A DNA stretch of 62,926 bases, the filler included, from Octopus bimaculoides (Eukaryota): assembly GCF_001194135.2 (NCBI RefSeq). It is 6 parts of 6 records of this genome, joined end to end, with 100 filler letters (N's around TTAATTAATTAA, not from the genome) between each part and the next. Parts side by side here need not be neighbours in the genome. Positions count along the whole stretch, not along the records: positions 33,507 to 49,759 come from NC_069003.1; positions 49,860 to 58,165 come from NC_068981.1; 4 more parts are not named here. The stretch is one strand, 5' to 3'. Position 1 is the first letter of the stretch. Every line of letters starts with the position of its first letter. The position numbers were made by a program, and so were the translations under genes. Below the pieces are notes generated by a model. It was given only the letters and a program-made list of their open reading frames with translations. It did no database searches and was not told where the DNA came from. Of the stretch, positions 45,316 through 58,165 are shown piece after piece.

Positions 45316-48300
45316 AGAAGAAGGGAGGAACAGACAGAGAAGAAGAATATAGGAGAGAGGGAGAGAGAAAGACTTGAAATATTTGTATGAATGCCAGTAT
45401 GGCTGTATGGTTAAGACTACAACACCTGTCCCTCATGAAATAAGAGAATTGATCCGTTTGAAACCAGCCTGGCCAAAACTGACCTTTTCAAAGGATTCAC
45501 AATTAAATCTTAATTAAATTTTACTCCTTAATTTTCATCAATATTTAATTATATAATTGTTTATTCGTTAAGTTAGGTTTCAAACACCAGTTTAATGATG
45601 GACAAGTTAATTATTACACTAAATCCCTTCAAATTCTTGATTATTTTTTAAAAATTAAATAATAAAAACATGGACATTGCATATTTTATCAGAAACTTAG
45701 TTAAACAACCAAAACATGTTAAATGTAATTACCTGAACCACTTTCTCGTAAAATGCCTGTGTCACAAGAGCGATGCCATCAAATGGTAAGAATGTCCAAA
45801 TCGCTGCCATTGCAATAATGACAAAGATATCAGTGATCTGAGCATAACTCACTTTCTCTGCCTGTGGAGAGAAGGAAAAATAAATATTCGTTTCTACTAT
45901 AAGCACAAGGCCTGAAATTTGGAGGTGGGAGGGAAGGGGCTGGTTGGTTATATTGATCCCAGTTCACAAAAGGAACCTTATTTTATCAACCCCGGAAGGA
46001 TGAACCAGAAAATCAACCTTTGGCAGAATTTGAACTCAGAACATAAAAGACAGAAGAAATGCTGCCAAGCATTTGGTCGGACATGCTAATGAGTTGGCCA
46101 GGAAGGCTTTTAACATGAAAAAATCAGAAAGTATGATTATTTCGTGGATATCGATTTTTGCATTTTTATCAAAAATTCACCGACCTCAAGTAACTCTGGA
46201 TTTTCATTACTGCTGTTATTATGACTCTCCTCCCTCGTTTTACTGCTGTTATTATGACTCTCCTCCCTCATTTTACTGCTGTTATTATGACTCTCCTCCC
46301 TCATTTTACTGCTGTTATTATTATGACTCTCCTCCCTCGTTTTGTGCCTCCATCGTAGATGGGTAGATTTGCTAGTGAATGTGATTCATGATAATTCACA
46401 TTGGATGTCGTTTGATGTTGAGTTAAAGAGAGAAGATGGTCTGCTTGATGGTTGTTATTAAAAGGAATGTATGAGAGGTAAAGGAAGTCTTTGAATAAAA
46501 GCAAATGAAGGTTGGTGTTTACTGGACACTACATGATGAGGACAGAGGGGAGTGGGAAGATGTTAGCAGGGGTGGTGCGGTCAGTTGCCAAAATAGAGAA
46601 ACTTACTGAATGTCCCAGAACAACATGGGCCAATTCATGAGCCAGAATAACAGCAAGTTGGTCATCATTAGCCACCATGTTCAAGAGTCCTTCATGGACA
46701 TAGACATGGCCTGTCTGAAAAACAATCATAAAACACACAGTTTATAAATCAAAGTAAATCCTATCAACATACAAATATGGATATTTCTGAGAGGTGTGTG
46801 GTGAAGAGTGAGAAGAGATGTGTCTGATCTCTCCTGTGTCTGTCTCTTACTCTCTCGCTTTCTCACATCCTTCCCTTATCATCCTTTCCTAAAAGATACC
46901 ATGTATCTTTTAGGAAAGACTGATACCATTCTTACAGACAAGTTTATAGTTAAAATCTCTTGTACTGAGGTTCAGTACAAGAAAAAAAAAAAGGCTGAGT
47001 GATATTTCAGGTTTACCAAACCTCAGTGTAAAACCATGAGAATGTTCTAGTCTAGGTTCACTTACCGGAAGAACAAAGGCATTAGAATCCTCAGAACTGA
47101 TAATGGCAACTTTCCATTTTTGATCCTTCATTTTGAAAACATTGCGATTGCTGCGCACCAGATTTTCCAGAATTCTAATGATCCTCTTGTAGGAAGGGTG
47201 TGTGGCAGGTAAGTAGATGTCTTTAAAGGAACTTTGTTGCTAGAATCAGTGATGAAAATATAAACGAAAATAAGGTTAGAATTTTAAAAACGAGAGGTTT
47301 AGAAATGGTACTTTTTATATCACCCNNNNNNNNNNNNNNNNNNNNNNNNNNNNNNNNNNNNNNNNNNNNNNNNNNNNNNNNNNNNNNNNNNNNNNNNNNN
47401 NNNNNNNNNNNNNNNNNNNNNNNNNNNNNNNNNNNNNNNNNNNNNNNNNNNNNNNNNNNNNNNNNNNNNNNNNNNNNNNNNNNNNNNNNNNNNNNNNNNN
47501 NNNNNNNNNNNNNNNNNNNNNNNNNNNNNNNNNNNNNNNNNNNNNNNNNNNNNNNNNNNNNNNNNNNNNNNNNNNNNNNNNNNNNNNNNNNNNNNNNNNN
47601 NNNNNNNNNNNNNNNNNNNNNNNNNNNNNNNNNNNNNNNNNNNNNNNNNNNNNNNNNNNNNNNNNNNNNNNNNNNNNNNNNNNNNNNNNNNNNNNNNNNN
47701 NNNNNNNNNNNNNNNNNNNNNNNNNNNNNNNNNNNNNNNNNNNNNNNNNNNNNNNNNNNNNNNNNNNNNNNNNNNNNNNNNNNNNNNNNNNNNNNNNNNN
47801 NNNNNNNNNNNNNNNNNNNNNNNNNNNNNNNNNNNNNNNNNNNNNNNNNNNNNNNNNNNNNNNNNNNNNNNNNNNNNNNNNNNNNNNNNNNNNNNNNNNN
47901 NNNNNNNNNNNNNNGGGAGGGGAAAATAGGTGGTGGCAGCAGGGGGTGGTATGTCCATCAGATGTTATCTTGTCACATGAGACGACAAGTGTGCGTCTAT
48001 GTGGCCACTCGACTTGTTAGAAATAGCAGCCGAATCTCTTTTGAGTCACATTCAACTTTGTAAACAATGAAAGACTTTGGATAATGTAGTTTTAAATGCA
48101 CTACGGTTGAAAATAAGACGAAGTAGTCATGGCTGGAACGTCACTGACCATTTGAATTAGTAAGAGGATTTGGTAGACGGAAATTAAAAGAATCCCGTCG
48201 TGTGTGTGTGTGTACCCACCGTCGCTTGACAACCGGTGTTGGTGTGTTTACATCCCCGTAACTTAGCAGTTCGGCAAAAGGAGAAAGTGTTGTTTTTTTT

Positions 48301-48988
48301 AAAGTACTAGAGTCGAATCATCCGAGTAAAAATTCTGCAAGGCAGTGCCCCAGCATGGCCACAACCTAATGACTGAAACAAGAAGAAAATAAAATAGGTA
48401 AATTAAACCCGTTAAAACCACGTCACACTCCAATAGAGAAGCAGTGTAAACATACCTTCCGCCCAATAAGGCGGTGAGTTTGGCCATAGGCTTAAAGAAC
48501 ATCCAAATGACCGGCGGGACATAACGAGGGCCGCTCGTGTGGAAATAAGCTACGTCCAGTCTTCTCACTGATGGCTGTTGGCCGGTGGTCACCATACGCG
48601 GGCTGAACTGACCGACAACACCTAATCCGTGACGACCTCTTGAGAAAGCAAACACAGTTTGTTTGGGAACGACGGTGGCCCGTAGTGGCGTTGGTATTGC
48701 TTTGGTACTAAGAACATGTTTCTGCCATCGACCTGGGGCTATAAATAGTTGTTGTTGCTGTTGGTAATGGCCTCGATGATGTTGATAATGATGATGGCGT
48801 TGGTAGTGATGATGGTGGTGGTGGTGGTGGTGGTGGTGATGACGGTAGTGGTGGTGGTGGTGGGACTGAGATATGAGGTCGACGTTCAACGGTAAAACAG
48901 GCAGATTGGGGTTTCGAGCTTTCCCAGGTGAACAGAAGGGGTGTCTGTTGAAAAAGTGAGCCAGCCGACACCATTTGATCACACTCAT
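43996..48988 (-). CDS. OMA1: OMA1 mitochondrial zinc metalloendopeptidase (peptidase M48), multi-exon gene; 7 exons visible, at least one likely hidden in the N gap 47326-47914
   Basis: Exons with canonical AG/GT ends; the six downstream exons join in frame. Motifs: YFHTSGPRYVPPVIWMFFKPMAKLTALLGGR, NAFVLP|TGHVYV, HELAH (HExxH), PYSRKLETEAD, WLSTHP, CGCPPL. All match OMA1/M48 family features. Confidence 0.95.
44266..44412 (-). CDS. OMA1: OMA1 exon ACYDIREGSNFWKQMEINDKLNQVTSPQWLSTHPLHLQRGQLIDHLVPK
   Basis: gtacag| acceptor, |gtaggt donor, 147 nt; WLSTHP motif. Confidence 0.94.
45175..45249 (-). CDS. OMA1: OMA1 exon ILLDLPYSRKLETEADIVGIKLAAK
   Basis: Pyrimidine tract + cgcag| acceptor, |gttcgt donor, 75 nt; PYSR.LE.EAD third-zinc-ligand motif. 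Not in the ORF track. Confidence 0.93.
45733..45861 (-). CDS. OMA1: OMA1 exon AEKVSYAQITDIFVIIAMAAIWTFLPFDGIALVTQAFYEKVVQ (hydrophobic/TM segment)
   Basis: ccacag| acceptor, |gtaatt donor, 129 nt, in frame. Confidence 0.93.
46205..46343. repeat. 33-bp minisatellite, 4 copies, in an OMA1 intron
   Basis: Unit TTTTACTGCTGTTATTATGACTCTCCTCCCTCR. Confidence 0.92.
46607..46714 (-). CDS. OMA1: OMA1 catalytic exon TGHVYVHEGLLNMVANDDQLAVILAHELAHVVLGHS
   Basis: ttttcag| acceptor, |gtaagt donor, 108 nt; HExxH zinc motif. Confidence 0.96.
47066..47239 (-). CDS. OMA1: OMA1 exon QQSSFKDIYLPATHPSYKRIIRILENLVRSNRNVFKMKDQKWKVAIISSEDSNAFVLP
   Basis: ttctag| acceptor, |gtaagt donor, 174 nt, phase 0/0; NAFVLP M48 motif. 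Confidence 0.93.
48456..48988 (-). CDS. OMA1: OMA1 first coding exon: targeting-like N-terminus, His/Gln tract, FHTS...KPMAKLTALLGGR
   Basis: ATG at 48988 has an in-frame TAA six codons upstream. 533 nt open, ending GGA AG|gtatgt (phase 2). The 3' end resembles the metazoan OMA1 FHTS...KP.QKL.A...GR segment. Confidence 0.85.
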
Positions 48989-49681
48989 TCTTTTCTTTTT
49001 CTTTTAAACTCTTTCACTTTGTTATTGTTGTTGCTATTGTTGTTGTTGTGGCGGTGGTGGTGGTCGTCGTCGTCGTGGTTGTTGTTAGTAGCGGGGTTTG
49101 CCGAGGTATTCGTTGTGGTAATGGTGTATCTGCTGCCGTTGTTGCTCTTCTAAAAGTCCACTGGCATCTGGGACGCCTCACATAAATAATCTTTAGTGTC
49201 CGCCGCCGTTGTTACCCGACGTCCTACACGTGGTGTTTACTCGTGATGATGTCGATATTGGTATTAACCGCGATGGTAATGGCGGTGAAGTGTTTATTTT
49301 ATGCAATGGACGTTGTTGTCTGTGCCAGTGAGCTTATAGTTGTTATCACGGATTCAATAATTGCTATAATTGGCGTTGATGTTGATGATAGCGTTACAGC
49401 AGGTGCGTGTCCTTTACAAAGTTAATGTAGCAACAACAATAGTAACAGTCATCGTAGTAGCAGTAAAGCTCTTAGGACACTGAGACTGAGAAGAAGGCAC
49501 AGAATACCACAGGAATTTGTAGGTTCTTATAGCAAGACTAGCTCACCGTATTTCACTTGTTGTCACTCCCGCGACTTGAATCTGTCATTATGGTCGTCTG
49601 CCAAATTCTCAGTTATTCGTCACCCTCCGTATCTAACTTCGTTACTCTCCGTGCAAACCACGTCGACGTCCGTACCTCTTC

Positions 49682-49731
<50 letters not shown>

Positions 49732-49954
49732 CTCTTTCTCTCTCTCTCTCTCTCTCTCTNNNNNNNNNNNNNNNNNNNNNNNNNNNNNNNNNNNNNNNNN
49801 NNNTTAATTAATTAANNNNNNNNNNNNNNNNNNNNNNNNNNNNNNNNNNNNNNNNNNNNGTAAAAACAGACAGGTAACGTGTTAGCTTTTCTATTTGGTT
49901 TACTACAAATAAAAAAAACATCTAGATTAGATAGGTAAAGAAATATTTAAAATG

Positions 49955-50381
49955 TTACTCTTTTACTCTCTTTTACTCTTTTACTTGTTTCAGTCATTTG
50001 ACTGCGGCCATGCTGGAGACCCGCCTTTAGTCGAGCAAATCGACCCCAGGACTTATTCTTTGTAAGCCTAGTACTTATTCTATCGGTCTGTTTTGCCGAA
50101 CCGCTAAGTGACGGGGACGTAAACACACCAGCATCGGTTGTCAAGCGATGTTGGGGGGACAAAAACAGACACACAACCATATACACGCACATACATATAC
50201 ATATATATCCATATATACGACGGGCTTCTTTCAGTTTCCGTCTACCAAATCCACTCACAAGGCTTTGGTCGGCCCGAGGCTATAGTAGAAGACACTTGCC
50301 CAAGGTGCCACGCAGTGGGACTGAACCCAGAACCATGTGGTTGGTAAGCAAGCTACTTACCACACAGCCACTCCCGCGCCT
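49955..50381 (-). mobile_element. Best-preserved full-length copy of SINE family 2 (tRNA-like head, ACCTTGGGCAAGT CORE-like block, internal microsatellite, GAGTAAAA-repeat tail)
   Basis: A/B box-like head GTGGCTGTGTGGTAAG ... GGTTCAGTCCC. Near-identical pieces at ~355-745(-), 1307-1475, 2060-2240, 5935-6130, 8945-9145, 11770-11870, 12455-12985, 23480-23900, 24755-24920(-), 48140-48390 and 58266-58745. Confidence 0.9.
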
Positions 50382-51063
50382 ATATGTTCTGGAAATATGT
50401 TTAAAAAGGAGAAGACGCTCGGCTTCAGCTGCATAAAACACAAATGCTTCGATGGAGCACTAAAATGGAGTGATTGATGTTTCCCTAAATGATCTTCCAG
50501 TCAAAATTTCGAATAAAAAGTACTATTTTATTATTCGATGCTTGATACTTCATTAGTTAGAGTACTTATTAATTGGAACATATTTTCTGCTGTAGAAAAT
50601 TCTACTTCCCACAAAACTTTTAGCTTGTTTGATAAATAGCGGGCCATTTAGAAGTTACTTGTCGACTCCAATACTACGAGTGTTGTAACAGTCCGAGATC
50701 ACAGTCCTGAATATACTATACAGACAGGGACCGAAGATATGCTATTGTTAGTCTGAACAAAAAATTAGAGTACATAATACAATGAAGGTTGTAAAATAAA
50801 TAATCAAAATTAGCAGAGTGCAACAGGGAAACCGCCCACTGCTGTTTCGGTGCATATCATATTTATGAGTGCAGTTACGTAGGTGGTAATTGTGTCATCA
50901 TATAGCTAATATATTAGGATATTTTTAACCCTAGTTTTTTGTTTACTTGTTTTTAACCCAATTTCGTTTTAACCCAGTGTGTACTGGTCGGGTACATACA
51001 GAGCATTTGCCATTGTAACGTTTATCAACTTGTAAAATGTGTGGGAATGTTTTGCCGCACCTT

Positions 51064-51130
<67 letters not shown>

Positions 51131-51350
51131 NNNNNNNNNNNNNNNNNNNNNNNNNNNNNNNNNNNNNNNNNNNNNNNNNNNNNNNNNNNNNNNNNNNNNN
51201 NNNNNNNNNNNNNNNNNNNNNNNNNNNNNNNNNNNNNNNNNNNNNNNNNNNNNNNNNNNNNNNNNNNNNNNNNNNNNNNNNTGGAAACAGTTGTAAGCAA
51301 AATTTGCTCCAATAAAGAAAAAACATGTAATGACCATTATTTTTAACTTG

Positions 51351-51400
<50 letters not shown>

Positions 51401-52947
51401 TGCCAGGAGAATGGTATGAGTATCCAATTAGTACTGGCTTACACCAATAGCAAGAGAATCATATGCTCCGGGTTCCGTATTTTCTGAGGATCTGTTAAAT
51501 ATTTTATTACAGTAGTACTGCACTTCCTTTAACTTTTATGAACGTCTGGGTATTTGAGGTTGATCCAACATTTAGGAAACTTTAAATTAAATAATGGTTA
51601 CTGATTTAAGACCAAAGCAAGCAAATTTGAGGGCAGGGGTTAGTCGATACTATAGATCTCAGTTATCGGCTAGTTCTTTGTTTTATTGACTCCAGCAGGA
51701 CGAAGAGCTAAATTTACATCAGCGGGATTTGAACTCAGAATATAAAGGATCGGAAGAAATACTACATGAAATTTTTCCGGCACTCCGTAAAAAGCAATAT
51801 GATATAGTCGAACTTACTTCATTTTCGTCGGATGCTAATTAAAATGTTTCACATTCTATTTTTCTATCTCGATGCATTAACTCGCCACAAAATAATTAAG
51901 TCTAATTATCATTTTTCTCTAAGATAGGCTGAACAAATCAAATTATTACGAACATATTAAGGACATGTAAAAGGGTTAGTTGGCAGAATCGTTAGCACGC
52001 CGTGCAGAATTCTTAGCGGCATTTTGCCCGTCTTTCTGTTCTGAGTTAAAATTCTACCGAGGTTGACTTTGCCTTTCATCCTTTCGAGGTTGATAAAATA
52101 AGTACCAGTTGAACACAGTAGGATCAATGTAATCGACTTGCCCACTCCCTCGAACGTGCTGAACTTGTGCCAAAATTTGAAACCAATATATTAAAGACAT
52201 GTAATGCCAACCATTCCCCTCAAATCAAAACGATTTGGAAATGGACAAAAAACATTTTATTTTGTACACTTTCTATCCATAAGTTTTTAAGCAAAATTAT
52301 AGCACTAATGACATGCTTAAATTTATGGTCACATTTTCAGCGTCAAAGTACAAAAATATATTTGCATTACGATAGTGCTGCGTATCAGTAGAGGATATTT
52401 AACTTGTGTACTTCTGTTGCTTAAATAACAATGCTATGTGTTCGTAAATTCATCTAATATTCTAGCATTTAAGCTTAGTGTTTGTACATTTGATTTAAAA
52501 CGAAATCGGGATCACTTTAGCAACGTTTCTCAACTTTTTGTTAGTCCAGCAACCTTTTGATAACAAGTTGAGTTGACCATTTATTGTATTGCTTCCTTAA
52601 ACCTTCGGGAGTGATATTCAAAGGCAGGTGAAGTTTAATTTGAAATTTTTGTTTTACATTTTTATCACTATGGGAATTGTATTAAAAAGAAAGGAGGAAG
52701 AACACGATCACCAAATAATTTACATTTAAGGTAGACATTTGTATGTTGAGGGTAGCTGCTGTACTTCGTCCCCCAATGCAGGATTTGATGTCTCATCAGA
52801 CAGTGAAGCAGCTCTCTGGGTGTTTCGGCCCCTTCTACTATGCCACCAGAGCTGCCCGGGGTCACCCACCGATGTAGATGACAAAACTCTTGCACAATAC
52901 ATTAACTTTGTTGAACCAGATGCTGCAACACTGGGCCAGCTGTTTCT

Positions 52948-53179
52948 TATTTCTTGACTGCCCACAAAGGGCTACACACAGAGGGCACAAACAAGGACAG
53001 ACAAACGGATTAACTCGATTATATCGACCCCAGTGTGTAACTGGTACTTATTTAATCGACCCCGAAAGGATGAAAGGTAAAGTCGACCTCGGCGGAATTT
53101 GAACTCAGAACGTAGCGGCAGACGAAATACTGCTAAGCATTTCGCCCGGCGTGCTAACGTTTCTGCCAGCTCGCCGCCT
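52948..53179 (-). mobile_element. Full-length SINE family 1 (tRNA-derived head + Nin/Deu-like block GCCTTTCATCCTTTCGGGGTCGAT) with perfect 16-bp TSD
   Basis: Flanked by TGGGCCAGCTGTTTCT at 52932-52947 and 53180-53195; head AGGCGGCGAGCTGGCAGAA...GAGTTCAAATTCC. Confidence 0.92.
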
Positions 53180-53429
53180 TGGGCCAGCTGTTTCTACTAC
53201 TCCTAATGGTCGTTCATGCTGTAACGCGTGTTCGCTCTCTGGAGCTAGATATAATGACTTACTTTCTCGACAGCTTCCGACAATTTCCTGGAAACATCTT
53301 TCCTCTCTTTCGCAGCTAGTCCAAAATACCTGAGCATTCAGTTAACAATCATCTTCATAAAAATCACTAACTACACATGATTAACAACAAAAATGGTTTA
53401 CACACATAGTAGAGAACAACAAAATCAGT

Positions 53430-54300
53430 GATTCTTTTGTTGTTACTCATTTTCCGTTGGTTTCTTGGTGTTTTGGATCAGTTTTTTATGAATACCAATC
53501 TCATGTGAAGAACGAAACTCCATTCTAGCTACGCAGAGTTGAGTTATAGGAAATTGTGCGACACTTGCAAGTTGTAGATGTGTCGTTAGCTGCGTTAACC
53601 AGAAATTTGCTCAGGAAAGGGATCCGAAAAGAATTTTTCTAGTTTCTTTAAGATTTTGCGTTTAGTTCATGTTGAATTAAAACGGTTGCCGGATTCGCAA
53701 CAGTTAACTTCGGCATGTATTTCTACAAGACATTCTGAATCTCCAATAGATGACTATCAACTCTTTTTTACAACGATGGATCGAATTGCCACTGTTCTCC
53801 GATTCTTTCCTCAAATGTAAGAAATGAATAGGAATCTTCTTTTTCAGTTCTGTGCTTCCACACAGAGACCTTTCTTCTTAAATATCTCACCCTTATCAAA
53901 GCATTGTAGCTTATTTGTTATGATTCCCTGCGTTGTGAGTTTCAGATTATTATACTGGTTAAATACATCTGACAAATAGGCAACGTACAAAATGAATTCG
54001 TTGTGTTCAAGCATTTTTTTTTTTTTCATGTTCTTGAGAAAAACGACAATTTCCTCAATCATAATAACAACTCAATACAAAAGCCGGTCTAAAGGGAGCT
54101 AGTGCTCAGCGGTATGAAAAAAACAGGGAAAGGCGGATATGCAACAACAAAAATTGCAATGTGTGCGTATGAAGCATACGTTTTTCTTAACGTATTTCGT
54201 CAGTAACATTCTGACTTTTTGATAACACGATTTTTTGAGAATTAATAAAACTTTTCCCAAGGTCATTCTTTCACTCACTGAATTAAATTTTGACACATAC
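53430..54300 (-). mobile_element. Degenerate hAT (Charlie/Buster-like) transposase relic
   Basis: IEEIVVFL...YVAYLSDVFNQYNNLKLTTQG...FDKGEIFKKK resembles hAT LAYLADIF.KLN.LN..LQG...DKI..FKKK. A decayed FW...LC..EF dimerisation-like segment lies further left. A CAACGTTTCTCAAC hAT-like end at ~52520 may be its terminus. Confidence 0.7.
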
Positions 54301-55466
54301 TTGGGATGCTAACACCTCAAGGTTGGGAAAATATTGCTTTAAAGGAAGAGCCTATTCATTCAAATTTGTCATGAAATCTACAGTATTTAGTTGGCATCTT
54401 CCTTGGTTATCCTTCCAGATGTTTCAAACACATTGACTAGCAGGTAAATATCAAGTATTAGCCACAAAAAAAAAAGTTATAGGATAACCCCTACATTAAT
54501 ATCAATTATCACCCACTCGCTCACGCTCGTTGATCTATATACGCTGTGCCTTTAAATATGAAGTTGAATCCATAAAAATAATTATAATCCCATAAAATAG
54601 CTATTTTACTTTTTATTAAAAAAGTTCAAGACGCCTTAATAACATACGCTACAGTTCTACACCATCTCAACCTGCATTTGCTTGGCTTGCTTCTGCGAAC
54701 ATTCGTAAAGAGTGCACATACAAGCACTCGTTTGCACACACACATACGCTCACACACACACACACACATACACACACACACACACGCACACTTACAACAC
54801 TTTGTGACGATCTGTTTAAGTGCTTTCCATTTGAAGACTGTCTACAAAAAGAAAGAAATGAACAAGTTAGTCTGGATGAGAACACCAAGAAATGGAAAGC
54901 AATGCTAATCGCTCGGTAGTTTGTTATTTAAACCCATTTCACTTGTGTCGTAAAATGGGATGAGACCAAATCACATTGTGACGTAGTTTGCATTAAAACA
55001 AATCACTTAAATGCTGGAATACTGGACTTAAAACAGTCATCTTAACAAGAGACAATTACTCTGCTTCCGTGGATGTTTTTTTTTGTTTTTTTTAGTTTCA
55101 AATTTCACTCATTTTAAAAAATTTCTTCTTTTATAAAGTCAGTACACAAATCTTTAAATGTTATTTCAGGGCTGGGAAAGAGAACTATAAGCAGTTGACT
55201 ACAAGATCGAATTTTGAAACTCGGCATTTTATGAATTAATAAAATGATGTCCAATTATGTATTGTATAAGCCGCAACATGTAAAGGATTGATAACTGGAA
55301 CAGATTCTTTTATTGTCGACATCAAAATAGTATCTACTTATCTTCGATCAGTGATATGTGCTTTTCGAACGTCTGAAATTATTCTTTTATCTCGAAAAAT
55401 TGCTTTAAGAGCGCTGAGTGGAGGGAGATACGTATTTTGTATTTGGTTATGAAGGATAAATCGTGA

Positions 55467-55512
<46 letters not shown>

Positions 55513-55749
55513 NNNNNNNNNNNNNNNNNNNNNNNNNNNNNNNNNNNNNNNNNNNNNNNNNNNNNNNNNNNNNNNNNNNNNNNNNNNNNNNNNNNNNNNN
55601 NNNNNNNNNNNNNNNNNNNNNNNNNNNNNNNNNNNNNNNNNNNNNNNNNNNNNNNNNNNNNNNNNNNNNNNNNNNNNNNNNNNNNNNNNNNNNNNNNNNN
55701 NNNNNNNNNNNNNNNNNNNNNNNNNNNNNNNNNNNNNNNNNNNNNNNNN

Positions 55750-55784
<35 letters not shown>

Positions 55785-56044
55785 CACCTAAGTATAGATA
55801 CATACATACTTGTAAGTACATACAAAACACATGCATACACATACATACAATTATTATTCCATGAGGAAGGGTGCGAAACGGCTGTAACCTTAAGAATGAC
55901 AAGTGATTAAAGAAATATATTCCTCTGTATTGGATTACTTTATGGTTTGTTAGTCAAGTCCGCTAGTGGAGCTCTCTGTGATGAATCCATATATTACACT
56001 TTAAATTTATATATGTATGTATGTATGTATGTATGTGTGCGTGA

Positions 56045-56080
<36 letters not shown>

Positions 56081-56810
56081 ATGTATGTATATATATATGG
56101 TCACTTGCGAGGTCTCTCATGAGTGCTACTTGGTAACATGGAATCCAGTACAATCTATTACACGGTCGGGTTATCGGCGACTAAACTGGTGCCTTTACAA
56201 GGCTTGCCTGGTGATGAAGATGGCTAGAAACCCAGCAGGACTAAAAACAAGATATGTCATAAAGACGGAAGAACCTAGTGTAGGTTCAATGACTATCTAG
56301 CAATATCATGGGTCTTCGGAAATTCCGGGTTGGTGTCCAGAATGCTAGAAGACCACTGAGAGTGAGGCTCCCCTTAGCTTTATTTAAAGCATGTATCTTG
56401 GAGAAGGTCACTGCGATATAAAACCAGATATGCAGGGAATGGCATTGAACATTTTGGGGATCTTTGGGACTGGCTGTCTTACTCTGGCTTGTCTCTTGAG
56501 TATGTCAGTAGGGTGGAGTGGGTCTGTGAGGCACTGTGCAAGCTTAATCGAACCTAAAATTTTAGGTTGTACANNNNNNNNNNNNNNNNNNNNNNNNNNN
56601 NNNNNNNNNNNNNNNNNNNNNNNNNNNNNNNNNNNNNNNNNNNNNNNNNNNNNNNNNNNNNNNNNNNNNNNNNNNNNNNNNNNNNNNNNNNNNNNNNNNN
56701 NNNNNNNNNNNNNNNNNNNNNNNNNNNNNNNNNNNNNNNNNNNNNNNNNNNNNNNNNNNNNNNNNNNNNNNNNNNNNNNNNNNNNNNNNNNNNNNNNNNN
56801 NNNNNNNNNN

Positions 56811-56866
<56 letters not shown>

Positions 56867-57186
56867 TGTATGTATATATGAATAAATATAGTTATAGCTA
56901 TCTGTAAATTGATGGCATAAAGTGGTCCCTGAGGCCAGTACTGGTTCAATGTCTATATGTCTTTGGAACATCTATTGTAGGGCTCTAAAGGACCATAATG
57001 GTGAAATGCGCGTAGGAACTTTGACATAAACTTGTATTTATCCTTATTTTCCCATATGTCTTTACATACATACATGCATACACACATACACATACATATG
57101 AATGTATGTATGTATATGTGTGTATGCATGTATGTGTGTGAGTGCATGTTAGATAGATAGATAGATAGAGAGAGAGNNNNNNNNNN

Positions 57187-57228
<42 letters not shown>

Positions 57229-57699
57229 GAAAGAGAGAGAGAAATGGAGGGAGAGAGAGATCCCAAAGAATAAGGATAAAATCGTTGTGATATAATTAAC
57301 TTGAAAACTCGAATATCGTTTATTTTATCTTTTTGCACTAGATCATTGATCTTAGCAAAGAAAAAAGGAAAATATCCCCGGTTTCATCTCCATTATAAAA
57401 AGGACAGTTTTTCTATAGAAGCTTTGTCATCGAAAACCAGAAAAAAAATAGAAAATATATTTTATAAGTATTTTACTATAAGTAATAGTCACCAAAACGA
57501 AAATAAACCGTACACTATTTTCTGTCAAGATTGAGATATCTTTGGTGAAGACAAAAATCTAATAAAAATTATATCAACGTAGTTAGTTTTGTGACGATAT
57601 GCACTCCGAAAATCAAAATCCACTTATTTTCCATCTATTTCCTTCGATCCAATTGATGAAAATAGCTCTCACTCTTTCTCTCTCTTTCTCTATACGTAT

Positions 57700-57803
<104 letters not shown>

Positions 57804-58111
57804 ACACACAGTACCATACACGTAAGTTCTCTATTCTTGAATTTTTTTTCTGTCAATCCTGCCCCTGTCTCATTTGTTTTTCGGAAGAAGAATGAACACT
57901 CGAAACATTAAAGATATTTCCCTTTCCCCTCCACCCAATTTCCTGAGTGCCAAAACTAATACTGACATTTGTATTTATCTTTTACCTCGCATTTGTGTAT
58001 TTGTTTTTGTTTTTGTTTTTTCGTTTCATACATACATGCGTGCTTGCATACATATAAATACATACATATGTGTGTGTGTATATATATGCATACATATGTG
58101 TGTGTATATAC

Positions 58112-58165
<54 letters not shown>

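Noticed and set aside
52690-52947. GC-richer block with ORFs on both strands
   Set aside because: No recognisable product or splice pattern; it lies among TE relics and is interrupted by a SINE.
52948-53179. tRNA genes suggested by A/B box-like motifs
   Set aside because: These are SINE heads that run into SINE bodies; no full cloverleaf with acceptor stem was found.
56100-56573. Possible LINE endonuclease-like start (LVTWN...)
   Set aside because: Similarity is limited to a few residues; could not be supported.
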